This document shows, in pieces, positions 42,581 to 56,650 of a stretch of DNA of 64,000 nucleotides. Position 1 is the stretch's first letter. Every line of letters starts with the position of its first letter. The notes under the pieces are model-generated. The model saw only the letters and a list, made by a program, of their open reading frames with translations, was not told the DNA's origin and made no database searches. Made by a program: the position numbers and the translations under genes. Source of the stretch: Bugula neritina (Eukaryota; Animalia; Bryozoa); the NCBI GenBank assembly GCA_964035545.1, contig OZ037770.1, positions 8,872,973 to 8,936,972 on the forward strand. Reading direction: 5' to 3'.

Positions 42581-44456
42581 ATGAACAAAGGGTCTGTGCT
42601 AGTAATGTTGGTGGCAGCATTAGTTCTTGTGGAAGGCAAGACACAGTTGAAGAGGAGAAATGGCAGTAAAGCTGCAGCTAATGTCGACAGAGTGATAGAG
42701 AGTAGAGGCGGAGAGGAACTGTTACAAGAGAACTCTCTGAAAGCCGGAGATAAATTTTTAGATGTTTACCAAGCTCTGCTGCAGAAGAAATCCGATAGAG
42801 ATGCCGTAAGTCTTTGTTCTGCGTCAGGTTGTTCTATATATTGATTAGAAAGCATAGTACCCGTGTCTACTACAGTCCTATGCCCAAGTTGTTACATAAA
42901 CCATGAGCAAACCTTCACCATTTAGCTTTCTGCATGATACCAGTATAGCCTCTTCGGAACTAAAATAGATTATTATTGATAAAAACTCCATCTCTCTTAA
43001 TTAAGCCATCACTATTGCTGAGCTATTAATATAAAGCAATTATTATCAATTAAAAATAGATTTTTAGCTGCTTCTATAGCAAGTTAGGTATGCCAATTAT
43101 GATGTTGCAAGTTTTCAATGCCTTTATTAAAAATAATTGCGCGTTCATCTTGATTCATCAGAGACTAGCTAAGAAAAGTGAGAGACAAGAAAGGAAAAAG
43201 CAAGCACTACGAGCAGCACAGGGAGAAAAGCTGCAAGCAGAAGCGGGTCTAGATTTTGAAACCTATGACCAGGCCGAAAAGTTCCACAATTTGGAAGCTG
43301 AGGCAGGTCGAAATGTGGCAAACCGATTTGGTAAAAATATTTATCTAAATATTACTCTCAAAGTAATCCAACAAACATATCTATGCTTGTTAATTAAAAA
43401 ACTCAAAATCAATTGAAAAATGCCGTGGATAAAAAAATTAATGTAATTATGATGGTTAAGCAGACAGCTAATTTCATGACAATTGAAATGCTTTATATAG
43501 AAGTAAACTCAAAATGTATGTAGAATATTTTAAAGTGTGTAAATTAATTTACAGAAATAATTTAATTTTTAAGCAATGTTTTGATTAAGCAGCATGATAG
43601 TGCAATTATAAAAAATTGTATTTGATTAAAGAGCCTTTCACATTATTCATACAATATGGCTGTATTAATGAATAATACTCCAAATAAGTATAGCTTTTGC
43701 GACTTCTAGGGCTACAGATCTTGAGTGAAAACAGCCACAATGAAAATGCTGCCATTAAAGAGAATGCTGGAGCTAAGGCAGCATCTGGCACTAAACTCCG
43801 GGCTCATGAAGCTGTTGACGCTGCAATGACATCAGATATTGAAGCACTGGATGAAGGGGAATACGCTGACCAGGAAGGTCTTGATGCCGCGGTAAGCTGC
43901 CACCTGTGTTATGTTCATATTGCTCTTGTGAATTAGGTTTAATTATAGAAACACCTACTTCTTGCTCACTTAAGGTTTCCTTCATGCTGAGAAATGATGA
44001 GCTAGTATTTAGTGAAGATATGTTTGTGCTTTTTAATTCATCATATGTATGTTATAGTTATAATTTTGTACTTGAATACATAGCATGTATTGAATGCAAC
44101 CTAAAAGCTATAGCAAAATAATATATTTCAGTTAGAGTTACAATCACATTTACTTTCACACATCACTAGATAAAACGTATAGAGAGCATAGAGTATTTAT
44201 AATTTGTTCTAAAGATATATTTACAATTTGTTCTGTATTGAAGGCATCAGACTCAAATGCACTCAACGCCCAGGAAGCAGCAAAAACTGAAAGAGAGGCA
44301 TTTATTGACGCTCAGAGTTTAAATGCCAGGAGTGGTGCATTTACTGACAACTTCTTTGGTGATGATAACTTTGGGGGAGCTTCGTTTCAGCCCACCAATA
44401 GCCTTGGTTTCTTTGGTGGCAGTTCTGGTGACTTCTTCAGAAGAAGAAGAAAATAG
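42581..44456 (+). CDS. Secreted family paralog F, 262 aa; coding exons 42581-42805, 43162-43330, 43710-43891, 44244-44456
   Basis: Signal peptide MNKGSVLVMLVAALVLVEG; 169/182-nt core exons; ends GDFFRRRRK*. TATATATAAG at 42091 and non-coding exon donor at 42195. Confidence 0.88.
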
Positions 44457-46004
44457 TTTTGCTGAAAAATTTAAAATTAGAGCCGTTGTGTACTTATTTA
44501 GTGTTCTATCCAATCATATTGTTATTCATTTGAAATCATTTTTACTTTCTTCATTCCTCGCTTGCATTTTATTTCAAGAAATATGCTTTTATTTATATAC
44601 TTTTTATTAGAAGAATATTTAAATAAACTTTAATTAAATACAAACTATAGATTGGATCACATGTGATATTGAAAACAGCTATAACAATATCGTATATGCA
44701 ATGTTTGACGCACACTAAATTACAAAATCACAGCAGTTTAAATGAAACTTTCTGCACTTTGTTGAACTACTGAAAATAACTTGTTACAAAATGTGTCTTA
44801 CACCTAAAGCTTTTAACATGGCAGAAAGTTGTAAATTTATTAGCCAAGTCTTTTAAAATTAAAGGCCAAAACAAAAATAGACACACTGTTGCTTTGGTTG
44901 GATATTAACTTATGAAGCTTCATAGAAACAGTTTAATGAATAAAAATAAACTGAGTAAAACAAGCATTGATTTCTAACTAAACTAAATGCTCTACACATA
45001 CATTGAGTGAACTATATCTTGTGTTGCCTTCAGTGAAATAGAAATATAACAGATAATACTTAATACACTCTCTACACAGGTGAATAACCTGCCACCAGGT
45101 AGCCACTATACCTTGCAGTAGCTAGAAGGTGCAATATTTCAAGAGTTCATCTGGAACTGATTCATAGGTCAAATAAGTTATTGAATGCATAATCCAATAA
45201 TCTCTCATTCACTTAACTGCTAATGATCTAATTACCAAGTATGATGACTTGAGAGAAATGTGCGACTTGAGACAATATTATATAACACGCATCATCACCT
45301 GTGATCTGCTAATGACAGTGGATAAAGGATTACCTGGTTGATGAGCTGAATACTAATTGCAATTCATCTATGAATGATCTACTCCATCCTTTGTTGTCAG
45401 TTAATATAAATTATGTAAGGCCAGCTAATACAAATCTTCTGATCATGATCACATTTTTACCAATTAATATGGTGATAATTAGTTTTTATTTTGGTATAAA
45501 TATAACTCTTTGAGAGGCAGACTCTTTATAACGCACTTTGTTAGTGAACATCAGCACAGCGCTTATTGTATAACAAAGCTGAATCTGGTTCTGTGTTAAA
45601 GATAGGACAGGTAGTAAAATATTATATTATATTACAATATATACAGTATATATATTAAAATCATAACATGTTTAAGAATTTCTATCTAATTTTAATATTA
45701 TATCTATACTAGAAAGTAATATTATAGACTTATAGATCTAATATTACAAGTGCATATATAAGATTGTTAATAAACCAACTGCAATTCTATCTTTGGGTTT
45801 TAAAAAAAGTTTAGTAGAGTTTTTAGATTACACTCCTCTGTAACACTATTATCAACTAAGAATTATATCATTATAAGTTAAAATGGGCTTAATAAGTAGC
45901 TGCTACGTCTGCTAACATTGACAGATAAAATAATAATTTAGTAATATTTCTAAAATGCTGCCTGCCACAATTGCAATTGGCTGTTTTTGAAGGTTAGCTA
46001 TAAA

Positions 46005-48170
46005 ATGACAAGGCTGTGCCTGGTGACAGCGTTGATGCTCTGTCTCCTAGCAACTGTCAGCAGTAATGTGGGCAGACTACGAAGTGCAGTGGGTAAAGGT
46101 GGAGCAGCAGTGACAGGTGGGGAAGTGGGGAAGGTCAACAGCTTGCAAGCTGCCGCGTCGTCAGGGAATCTGCTCAGAGCAAAACAGGCTAATGCTGACA
46201 GGCAGAAAGCTCTTTTGGATCGCAAACAGAAAAAGCAAGCTGTGAGTCTATCCATTGTATTACATATTATATTATATTGCATGCATTATGTTACATTTTA
46301 TTATGAAACTTTTTCTTACATGATCTTGTTTTTATTATATCTGTTGGGGCCATGCATTTCATCTTGTATTATGTTTAATGGTATATTAAACCCTATATTA
46401 TTTCATATAATGACAAATTTTATTATATATTATTTTATTAAATTGAAATTTGCATTATGTCATATTTTTTCATGCTAAATTTTAATTAATTATTGATGCA
46501 TTTTATTATAACATATTATACATGTTGTATTATGTATAATATATAATTATGTAGCTATATTCTGTAGCTACTAATTAGAAAATATCAGACTCTCATAGAA
46601 TTGCAACATAAATTTGGTGAATTGTTCCACATGGCAAGTTCTTAATTAGATCTTGCATAACACTCAACCAGAGTAGAGTATGTTTACTGGCTTGCATTTA
46701 GTCAGATTCTAAAAAGTGTTCTACTATACTTCTGCTAAAGTGTACAACAAAATTTTGACAAAGTTTTTCAAATTTCTCATCAATTCACAAGTTGCTAATA
46801 TTACAACTTCTCAAAAAATCAAATGCGCCAATAACCTGGCAACTAATCAATTTCATCTAATTTTGTTCAGCTATTTAAACATTTGTTTTATTTTTTTAAA
46901 GAGACTCGATAGAAAAGCAGCTAGAAAGGCAAGAAGAAAGGAAGGGGCTAAGGTTGGCAATGGAAACAAGCTAAAACAAGGAAATGCTGTAAACTTCCAA
47001 GAATATAACGATGCACAGAAATTTAATAATTTAGATGCAGCTGCAAAGTTGGACAAAGGAAATAAATTTGGTAAAATTAGAATTAATCACCAATAAATCT
47101 TAACCTAATTGCATATCTCTTACATTTTCATACCAAGCTTTTTGATTTTTCTATTCAGAATTTTCATTTAGTATTTTATAGGTAATAATGGTGATATATG
47201 TTTTTCTTTGATGATACAATTTGCTATTCAGGTATACAACTGCATTCGGAAGACTTTCACAATGAACATGCTGGGATAAACCAGAACGATGGATTCAAAA
47301 CAGGCAATGGAGTGCAGTTTTCAAACAAAGAGTATGTTGACACTGGTTTCTATGACAACGTGGAAGTCATAAGTGATGCGGAGGCCTATGACGATGAAGT
47401 TCTAAGTGCAGCGGTAAGCACTTCAGACATGATTTCATTAACTTGACGTTTAACTTATGAAAATTGGCAGCAAGCAGCATATCGAGTTTTTACTAACTAT
47501 CTGCTGTCAGCGCAAGCAGGAAGTTGAACTTAGATGCAATTGTTCAGCAAAAAAATTTAAAGTAGCTTATGTGTAGTTAATTGTTAAATTTCCATTCTTA
47601 TTCAAACACAAAATCAGTAAGTTTTAACTTGTTTTCAATGCTGCCAAATGCAACAATTATATTTGACTTTGTAGAAATTTAAAAGAATTTATTGTAAGAA
47701 GAGTTTATATATATTTATTAAAATAAAATAGCTAGGATCTTCGATTAATGAGAACTGTTTAGAATAAAAGCTGCTAAATTCTAAAATGCTATAGGTTTTT
47801 ATTTTCTTGTAAAATTATCTTTTAAGTTAAATATTTATATTAACTCTTTGATTCAGCGTTAAAAACTAGACTGGAAACAAAATTTTGAAAGTTGGAGTGC
47901 TGACAATTTATTCTATATTTGGCTGTTTTAATCAATTTTATGATTACAATGACCATTTATGTTAATGCATTGCCTGTTTTGTTCCAGGATGCTAATGCAG
48001 AAAGCATTAATGCAAACCAGGAAGTAGTTCACAATAATGAAGCTCTCTTAGACACAAAAGTATACGATAATAACAGAATTGAAAACTTCAATCATTTTGG
48101 GAATCAGCAAGGGTTTGGTCAATCTGACTTTCTCAATTTTCAGAACGACTTTGGAGGCTTTGGCTTTTAG
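46005..48170 (+). CDS. Secreted family paralog G, 256 aa; coding exons 46005-46241, 46902-47070, 47232-47413, 47988-48170
   Basis: Signal peptide MTRLCLVTALMLCLLATVSS; 169/182-nt core exons; Asn/Phe/Gly tail ending DFGGFGF*. TATAAA at 45495 and non-coding exon donor at 45610. Confidence 0.88.
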
Positions 48171-49999
48171 CATAGAATGTTTTTAAATAATTTATGGTTT
48201 GTTGGGCGTTTTCAATCATATGCTTTGTTTCTCCTTTATTTATGTCTGAATAACAGTAAAACATATTGCCATTTACTTTAAAAATTTTATTTATTTCAGT
48301 TAGATATGACAACTTGTAAAAGTTCGAAAACAATGATTATAGTCTAATGTCTCAAATCTAAATATTTTGTCCACAAAACCTCAATTTTAATAACTGCTAT
48401 TGCCCATAATAACCATGTCAACATACTATTTATGTTACTGACAACATTTTATAATTAATTAAACATTTATTTCTTCTATAAAAAGTGACCATTTAAAAAT
48501 GTATTTATGGTCAACAAGATTTATCTCACAGGAAGCACAAAGGTTATTCTTTGTCTTGCTGTTTTGCTATTTTTCAAAGTTGCTTTCAAAATCAATTACT
48601 GAATAAAACAGCCCCAAATCAATCATGCAATTGTAATCTTATGTATTTCTAAAGCTAAATTTGCCAGTTGGTCGCCTGTTTGCTTGATTGAATGAACATT
48701 TAAAATAAATAAATAATATCTCAAATAAAACACGATACTTGCACAGCCTGATGTGATTAGTCATAGTATATCCTTACAACTTAGTTACCCTTTGTAAACA
48801 CTAAGTATTGGTAACCCTTGATTTATTTGTAGGTAAATTATTTACCATAGTAAATACTTTAGATTAACTTTCATCTGATTTGAAACTGGCCAATTATTCA
48901 TACGTTTAACTATGGTTGTGAAATTGGGACAGTAATTTATCAAACTCTAAAAGTAATAATCCCTTTTGGTTCACCCCACAACTCATCACATATATAAAGG
49001 ATTTGCTAAACCGGACATTACAAAACACCATAGACTCTATTTACATTCTTATTACTACTAGAAACTTTGAGTAAATGGAAATAACACTACACTTTGAAAT
49101 TAATGAGGTGAGATTAATAAAATTCGTATAGTAACTTTACCTCTTTGATCGTGCACAGTGTAGGGAAACCAAAAACAATTTACAACTACGGCACCATGAG
49201 AAAGGGCTATCAATTATAGGGAGAGGGTCAAAATTAATAGCAAAATTCTACAACCCACATCCTGTAAGCTAGGTCAACCGGCATATACAGATAATTCCAC
49301 TAAATAATAACATCAGCACTATTGTAAGACACTATATCATAGCAGTATTTTCTCCAGCCCATTATTTATACATGGTTTGACAACTCCAACAAGTAAGCAT
49401 TATCCTGTTTATACTGTATAATATGAACACAGCATGCACTGTGTGGTATGTATGCTGGTGGCAGGCACCAATATTAAGCTCAAGATTATCTTCTTTATAA
49501 GATTTGAGCATAGATTTATGGTGGTTTACCAGTGCCAGCAGCCTGGGAACATCGCAATGTAAGATCATAGGCGCTGAGAAGAAGAAGTACCAGATGCACC
49601 TCCAGAACTGAAGTAGCTGATAATTGTGAACAGAATTAGTAATAGAAGTGTATGGTAGAGCACCTGCAACATATTGACTAACATCTTCCAGGTGCTTTTT
49701 AAGTTGATTGTAACTTCATTTTAAATGTCAGAGACGAAACTTTACAACTAAGTTAAACTATCATGCAACAACCCATGCATTTGTATTATTTTAAAACACT
49801 AATTTAAAAACATGGATCCATATTCCTTAATAAAAAAATATAACTTCATATAATATTAATATAAGCGAACTCAGTAAATGTATTAACAAAAATGAGTTTC
49901 GCACATTTCATTACATTGGCCAATTTAAAAAATGACAGTTGAATAACTTATCTAATAGAAATGGTCACAATAACAAAACACACAGAAGTATTTCTCCAA

Positions 50000-51378
50000 A
50001 TTTAAAATAAATGCACAATTAACACCAAGTCCATCTCAGCTTGTTTAGAGCTGTGGCTACAAAGACTCCTGCATGAGTTAGAGCTCATTGAGACATCTAG
50101 CCATGGCGAATAGAAGTTATTGTAATTCACCCTGAAACATAAAACTAGTTATATTATACAGGCATGCAATAAAACGATATTATACACATTTAAAAAGTAC
50201 GGTGTAACTATATGAGACAAAAAGCTGAAATCAACTAATATATGTTAAAATATTTATGCAATATATAAGAACTATCATAAATATAGGCAGCACTATCCAT
50301 GTGAATGCAATAGCTATTAATTAGGTCTGTTTACTAAAAAAAACCAGCTGCCTTATTATATCAATAGACCATTTATATAACTGCTAAATCTAGTGAGTAT
50401 ACTTGTGTTGTTAACCAACAGAGTTGTACAGGATAGTATGTACCTACAAAAATATTATATTTGTTATTACAATTAACAGAATCTCTGTCAAAGAGAAGGA
50501 AATAGAAAGCTGAACATCTGCTAAAGAAGCAGAAGTAGAAGATGATTGAGTAAGTCATGCTGACTCATGCTACATTTAGTTAAAAAAAAGTCTAATAATC
50601 AAAGAGAATGAATTAGCAGTAAGAAGGATGAAGAAGAGAAGTTTAATAGAAGAATAATGGACTGTGAATTGTTTAATCTCCACGTCTTTATACCATAATC
50701 TGATAAAAACGCTCTAATCACGAGAAACTACTTAGAGTTATGAAAGAGTTAATCTAGGATAGAAACAGTGGGCTAAGGTGGTGTCACTGTTGCATTTTGG
50801 GATATCTCTGTCTATGTTGATTCATGAAGCAGCGTCGTAAGAATGCAAAAAAACTGCACTAATTATAATGAAAACACATGATAGTTGTTGTAATATATTA
50901 TACAATATAATACTTGATAATGCATACCTGCATGAAGTTGCAGTACAGAATACAAACAGACTGCAGTTTGCTCAAAGTTTTCAGTAATTCTGGATTTGTT
51001 AGCATACAGTCTCTGAGACACTTGTTAAGCATGTTCATGTGTTGGTTGAGAACTTCGTCTACATTGGATACCTGCATAGTTATTAGTTAATCATATTAAC
51101 ACAGAAAAATATGTTCATTGACTGTTAATGTACTGCTTTAATTGTATGATAGAATAAGTTCTCAGAATGCATAACATAAAATAGTAGACTGAGAGTTACA
51201 CACATCTTTGAGGGACGTCTCAAACTCTGTCCAGTAAGAGTCTATAACCTCAATCATCATGTAGTACTGCAGGTGCTGGATAAAGTTCAACATCTTGTGA
51301 CGGAGAAGAAAGGCGCTGCTGAACTGGTGCAGCTGCTGCCGTGTGTACCCCTTTGCTGTGCTGTTGTTTATCCACACG
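50000..51378 (-). pseudogene. TUBGCP2: Partial gamma-tubulin complex component 2-like sequence (C-terminal GRIP2 region); recognisable exons 51378-51204 and 51071-50928, plus a terminal exon starting at 50131 (lower bound approximate)
   Basis: Translations SVWINNSTAK...AFLLRHKMLNFIQHLQYYMMIEVI, VSNVDEVLNQHMNMLNKCLRDCMLTNPELLKTLSKL and RVNYNNFY resemble GCP2 motifs as I recall them (RQRMLNFVQNIQYYMMFEV, CLKDCMLTNPELLK, RLDFNGFY). I found no intact upstream or connecting exons, so pseudogene status is inferred. Confidence 0.65.
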
Positions 51379-54300
51379 CTGATAAACAGACAGCGAACAT
51401 GTTTATGTCTGCCAACTGAGAAAATTAGAAGATAAGTTAAACACTTTCTAGAAACGCAGCAGAAATAAGATGGCATCTGTTTGTAGATATTAGCAAATAC
51501 TTGTATAATTGCAATTAATCTGCAAAATGACGGTTAAACAATAACAATAAGGGGTTGCAATTTGACAATATATGAGCTTTAAAAACAAAACGCCAAAAGG
51601 TATCCCTAAGTTATAGTATGCCAGGTACATAACAATTCATTAAAATTGTTTATAAATTAAATTCTTTTAAAATAAAAGTATAATACAAATAGAAAGAAAA
51701 AGTAAGATAACTTCATTTGTGAGTATGGAGGCACATTTTATGTCCATATATTCTTTATTTATGTAATGGCACCCTTTACTATTGAGCAAAATATGCAATC
51801 AGTCATTTTTAATCATACTTCTTTCACTGTGTTCATTAAACATACGACTTCCTTTTTTCAAACTATCCTAGTGTGTCGGTCATTAACTAAGAGCAATGGC
51901 ATATAGAAATTTAATTTGTGTAATGAATATGCAGATGGGGAATCTTGCTAGATGCAGTACCATGAAATACAAAGCACTAGCAAGCACACGGACTAAGTGT
52001 CATTATCTCAAGCTATAAGTCTGAGAAAAGGATAAGAAGGCTGTAAATCACTTATTATCAGTAATCTGCCAGAACACGATTTAAGAACTCCGTCTAGTTG
52101 ATTTATTATAGAGATTATCCTGTTAGTGCCAATCAATGCATGGTGCCCTTAACTATACAGTTGGGAGATAGCACAGCCTAATGGCCTCTTTCCATGTCCC
52201 TACTTCTACACATCAAGTACTTGGCAGCAAGTTGCATACATGGAGTAAGCATGGAGAGTAACTGGTACACATGCAGGGGCATGTGATCCTTAAATAGAAT
52301 TTTAGTTCTTTGATTTTTAATTTAAAATGAACATTCTTGGAGGCAACATGCTGTGACTGGTAGATATATTTAAGAATAGACACTAAGAAGCTTTTCATAG
52401 TTGTCATTGGTAAAAACACTAGACCTACCGAGATTTGGCAATCTGCATGCACAAGATTTGTGAGTGAGTTTTTTGCAGATATTAATGCAGACCTATAAAT
52501 AGTGCTATAATTTGAGAATAAAACAAAATATTTCTGAATACAAGCAAATACATATGATGTTTAAACCTAGTTTATATCACAAGCTAGAGCCATGTTGGCG
52601 GGAACAGTTGAGAGCATACCTTTCTCGTATGTAGACTCTAAAAACAGTATAGTAAGCAGCTGTGTTATTAGGTCATGACCTAGAAGTGACACCCTGCAAT
52701 ATTATCACATGAAAGTGAAGATAGTTAGAAAAATAGTAAATTCGAAACCTCTTTGAAAATAAAAACAAAGCGTCCGCCATGTAAAATGAGACGATAACTT
52801 CAAAATGCTCTGATTTTGGATTAGTCTTTTATGTAATTGCATTTTTAGCAATACAAACAAATTATAAAATTGCAGTAATAGTATTAATATTATAATGCAC
52901 TATAATATTAGTCTGATAACATAATATAACATAGGACTTTTTTCTTGCTCCATACTAGACCTACTTAGATTGCTTTCTGCAGAAAAACTCATTTCAATGT
53001 CTTTAAATTTTTCTGGCAGCCAGAGTTTTGAGACACCATACAACATAGTTACAAATTCACGAAGGCCGGTGAGGGCAAATCTAAAACAACGAGTAACCCT
53101 ACAGCAGATCTAAATATATGTGTGCTTTTAGTGTGGCCAATTAAAAATTTTTTGAAAAAAGCTTTGCTAGTGATATTAGTTGTCTTTCATTGATTAGTGC
53201 AATTGAAAGGTAGACAATTCCAAAATACCCCAATGAACATTTTAGTATAAAATATTCAAATTAAAGAAGTACTTTTTTGACATCACCAGTTAAATAGAAT
53301 GGAAGAAAGGAAAGAAGATCGGAAAAAATTTAAAAAAGGTTTTTTTTGCAAATTTAGCACTCAACATGAATTTAAAAATAGTTTGACCTAAATCTGTCCT
53401 TGAGGTGATACTGCTGGTAGAAAAAATTGAGGAGCAGCAGACTGATGTAAGAATACACTGACTCTAATAAAGCTATTAGTGCAGCATATATATTAGTGCG
53501 TGTAGTTTATTTGCATGTACAGTGTATTAGCATGTTCATCTTAGAAGTATATAAAGACCTACGCATATGTGCATGCTGTGCGTGCAATCCAGCAACATTG
53601 AAAATACAGCTGTGGTTTTTTATCCTTAAGCATATATTTTAATCTAAAATTATTTGCTTTTTAAAGTATCAGCGGTAGAACCTCGACGGTGATTCAACTT
53701 TCCCGAACCGGGGAAAACAGTTTTATCATTTAAGCACTATGTAAATGAATGCATGTATAATTAATACTATTGCATTTATAGCTTTCTTTGCTACCTCCAT
53801 TACTGATCACGTATTATACCAATAATTTTCAGACTAAAATTATATATGCCTCTATTTTTTTGCGTTTTATATTATTAGTGTATTTCAACATGGTTTTAAC
53901 TTTTAAGAAATTATTGGAGCTCTTAGGCTTTTGAAGTAGTGCAATGGTTTGTGTAAGGAGTTATCTGTATGTATCGGAAGGGCAACTCCTCTGCTACTTC
54001 TCCTTCATCGTAATGTGTAGCGTCCACCATCTCCTCGGCTTGCTAGTAATTGCTTACTACGCTACTAACATACGCTATGGACAATGGGAGGAGCTTAGTA
54101 ATTAGAGCTAGCAGCTATCACACACTGGTAGCAGTCAGACAGCGGATTAGCTAACAATGTACTCTGTCTGTCAGCTATCACACTCGGTAGCCGGCAGTCA
54201 GACATTAGATTAGCTAGCTATAGGTTGTGTGTACTCTGTCTGCGATTATGTAACTTGTTTTCTAAGTCATGTAGAGTTTTACTTGTGTATGAATTGCATT

Positions 54301-54669
54301 AAACAAACGCATAATAATTTCCTTAATTTGGCAGCATTGCATTGTTTTAATTACCCAAGCAATTAGTGAATGCACAGTTTCACAATAATAGTATAAAAGA
54401 GGTTTTAAATTTAATAAATGCATGGATGTTCTACCAGAGAATATTAAGTTTCTATTTTTTAAAGTGTGAGAACTTTTTTATTGCAGACATTGTTGCATTA
54501 TAATAAAAATATCAAAATACAGACATTCAACTCTTACTATATGACGTATTAAAAAACTTGTAAAAGTGTGTTTTATGTGTCAATATCTAAAAGAGTTTTA
54601 ATTCAGATCAGCTTTGAATGTAAAACGAAGATCATAAATATAAAAATACAGCTGTTTACTATTAAAGGT

Positions 54670-56650
54670 TTATGCTTTTGTGATCCATACTTCGTTATGT
54701 CTCTTGAAGTAGACCCGAGGACCATCATAACCTGCTGTGAAGAACATGGGGTCTACAGTGTAGGAATTGCCGTCTTTAGTCAAGTCTTTCTTAAGCTGTT
54801 CAAACTCTGGGATGAATCTATTTCCAAGGATGTAGTACTTTGGTGGAAGTATTGTGTTGAATGTTCTGAAGTATGAAAAATAATTGTTATTATTATTCAC
54901 ACAGGTTGGGGTTATGCAAAACATAATATAACTCTATATATATTCTATTAGTATGCTATAATATTTTTACAGCATAAATAATAGTACTATTGTTTTTGCT
55001 TTGTGCATAATAATTAGAGTTTACTACTTATAGTTTAAAAAGGCAACAATTCGTGGTATAATAGTTATTTCTACTGAAGAGGAACTACAAAAAAAATTTT
55101 CCAACTAATTGAATATGACAAAGCTATATCATATTTTGTTTAATTGGAATATTTCAAATAAATCTGCTCAATACAACATAAACAACAGTAATTTACTACA
55201 TTTTTTATTTGAAAATAAGTATGATATTGTAAGTTATTGGTGCAAAAACTCTCACAAATATATTATGAAGTACAATTTAGTAGTTAACAACTTACAAAAT
55301 ACAAGTTACATATGACTAATTGTTTGTAACAATGTATTGCATTGGATGACACAGCCTATACTAGTTTAATGCTAGTTATTTTAAGTTAATTCAAAGAATA
55401 TTCTAGTCTGAGATAGTTCGTAAATTGGCCATTATACAAATTATTAAGGATATTCTCACCTGACATAGAACTGTGCTCTTGGAGCTCTGTGAATGAAAAC
55501 GCTAGCGTCATTTGGTGTTGGAGTATTCTCACTGAACTCACTTGGAACCATGAAACTCATGAACACAGCATTCTCTGAATGACTGGAAACCACTGGAGCT
55601 GTCATCTTCATAGTTTGATCTATAATTACATATAATATAAACCGGTTACAAAATGCCAAACTCAATTATTGCTAGATGTCACACATACATGTTGACAGAT
55701 GTCACATTCACCTGTTTAAAAGTGTCACACTAACATTTTACTATAAATGTCACAATTGCATACGCATTAATAGATGTAAATGATTATTTCAGGTGGTTGT
55801 CTATTTTTCTTATAGTATGTGAAGTAATTTTGAATCTCTAAGTCTATATACCGACCAAGCAGTAAATCTTAAAGGTCAAAAGGTCACAATAAATTGCATT
55901 TAGTTCCACTCACTCATGTTATTGGCTCCACTGATGTAGTCAAACAGTTTGAAGAAAGCTGGTGAGACTGAAGTTCTATCTTCCCAATACTTCTTCTCTA
56001 GCCCATCCATCTTTACTGAAACCCAGACTGTAGGGGCGTAATCTCTTAACTCATAAGTCTGCAAGAATATTTAGGTTGATTTTAAGGATAAGCTTGAAGA
56101 CTTTCAAAATTTTATTGCTATTTTGTATATACATATTTACAAAATAAAATAGTTAAGTACAAGCCTTCTGTTTTATCAACACTTTAAATGCTACAGTCAA
56201 AAAACTCAAGTAGGTACATTTGGGACAGATATTTAAATTATAGTCAATTGCTTTTGATAAGTTATATAGGAGCAGCAATGGAGAAGTTGATAAAAGCCTG
56301 TGTTCTAGATAAGAAATTTAGCAACAGAAGCCAAGCCAAGATGTGTCAACAGAAATTAAATAGCTTAGACTATTACAATTTCTCTACCTGAATGCATGCT
56401 GCTTTTTATGTAAAATCAAATAACAAGCATAAAGTACTTTATTGAGAAACTACTGAACTAAGCTCTTAAATTCTGTTACAAGAAAGTATTTACCATATGA
56501 CATGAAATGTTGCTAAAAAAACTAAAATTTACTTACATCAAAGTGTTGAATTACTTCATACTCTGGACATTCGTGGTCTTTACAGAAATCAGGAGCTGAT
56601 AGAACAAGCTGTGAGAGAGTGAGAGAGATGACTAGTAGTAGAAGTGCCAT
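54670..56650 (-). CDS. Secreted SOUL/heme-binding protein family member (HEBP2-like), copy 1, 204 aa; exons 56650-56537, 56058-55914, 55619-55460, 54865-54670
   Basis: Signal peptide, FCKDHECPEY, YELRxY, AFFKLFDYISGAN, MKMTAPV, PTPND..VFI, FYVRTF and AGYDGP...RHNEVW are characteristic SOUL-domain motifs; canonical splice sites keep the frame open. Confidence 0.9.

Noticed and set aside
54568-54876. Plus-strand ORF of 102 aa, duplicated at 59346-59654
   Set aside because: It is the antisense shadow of the last SOUL exon.
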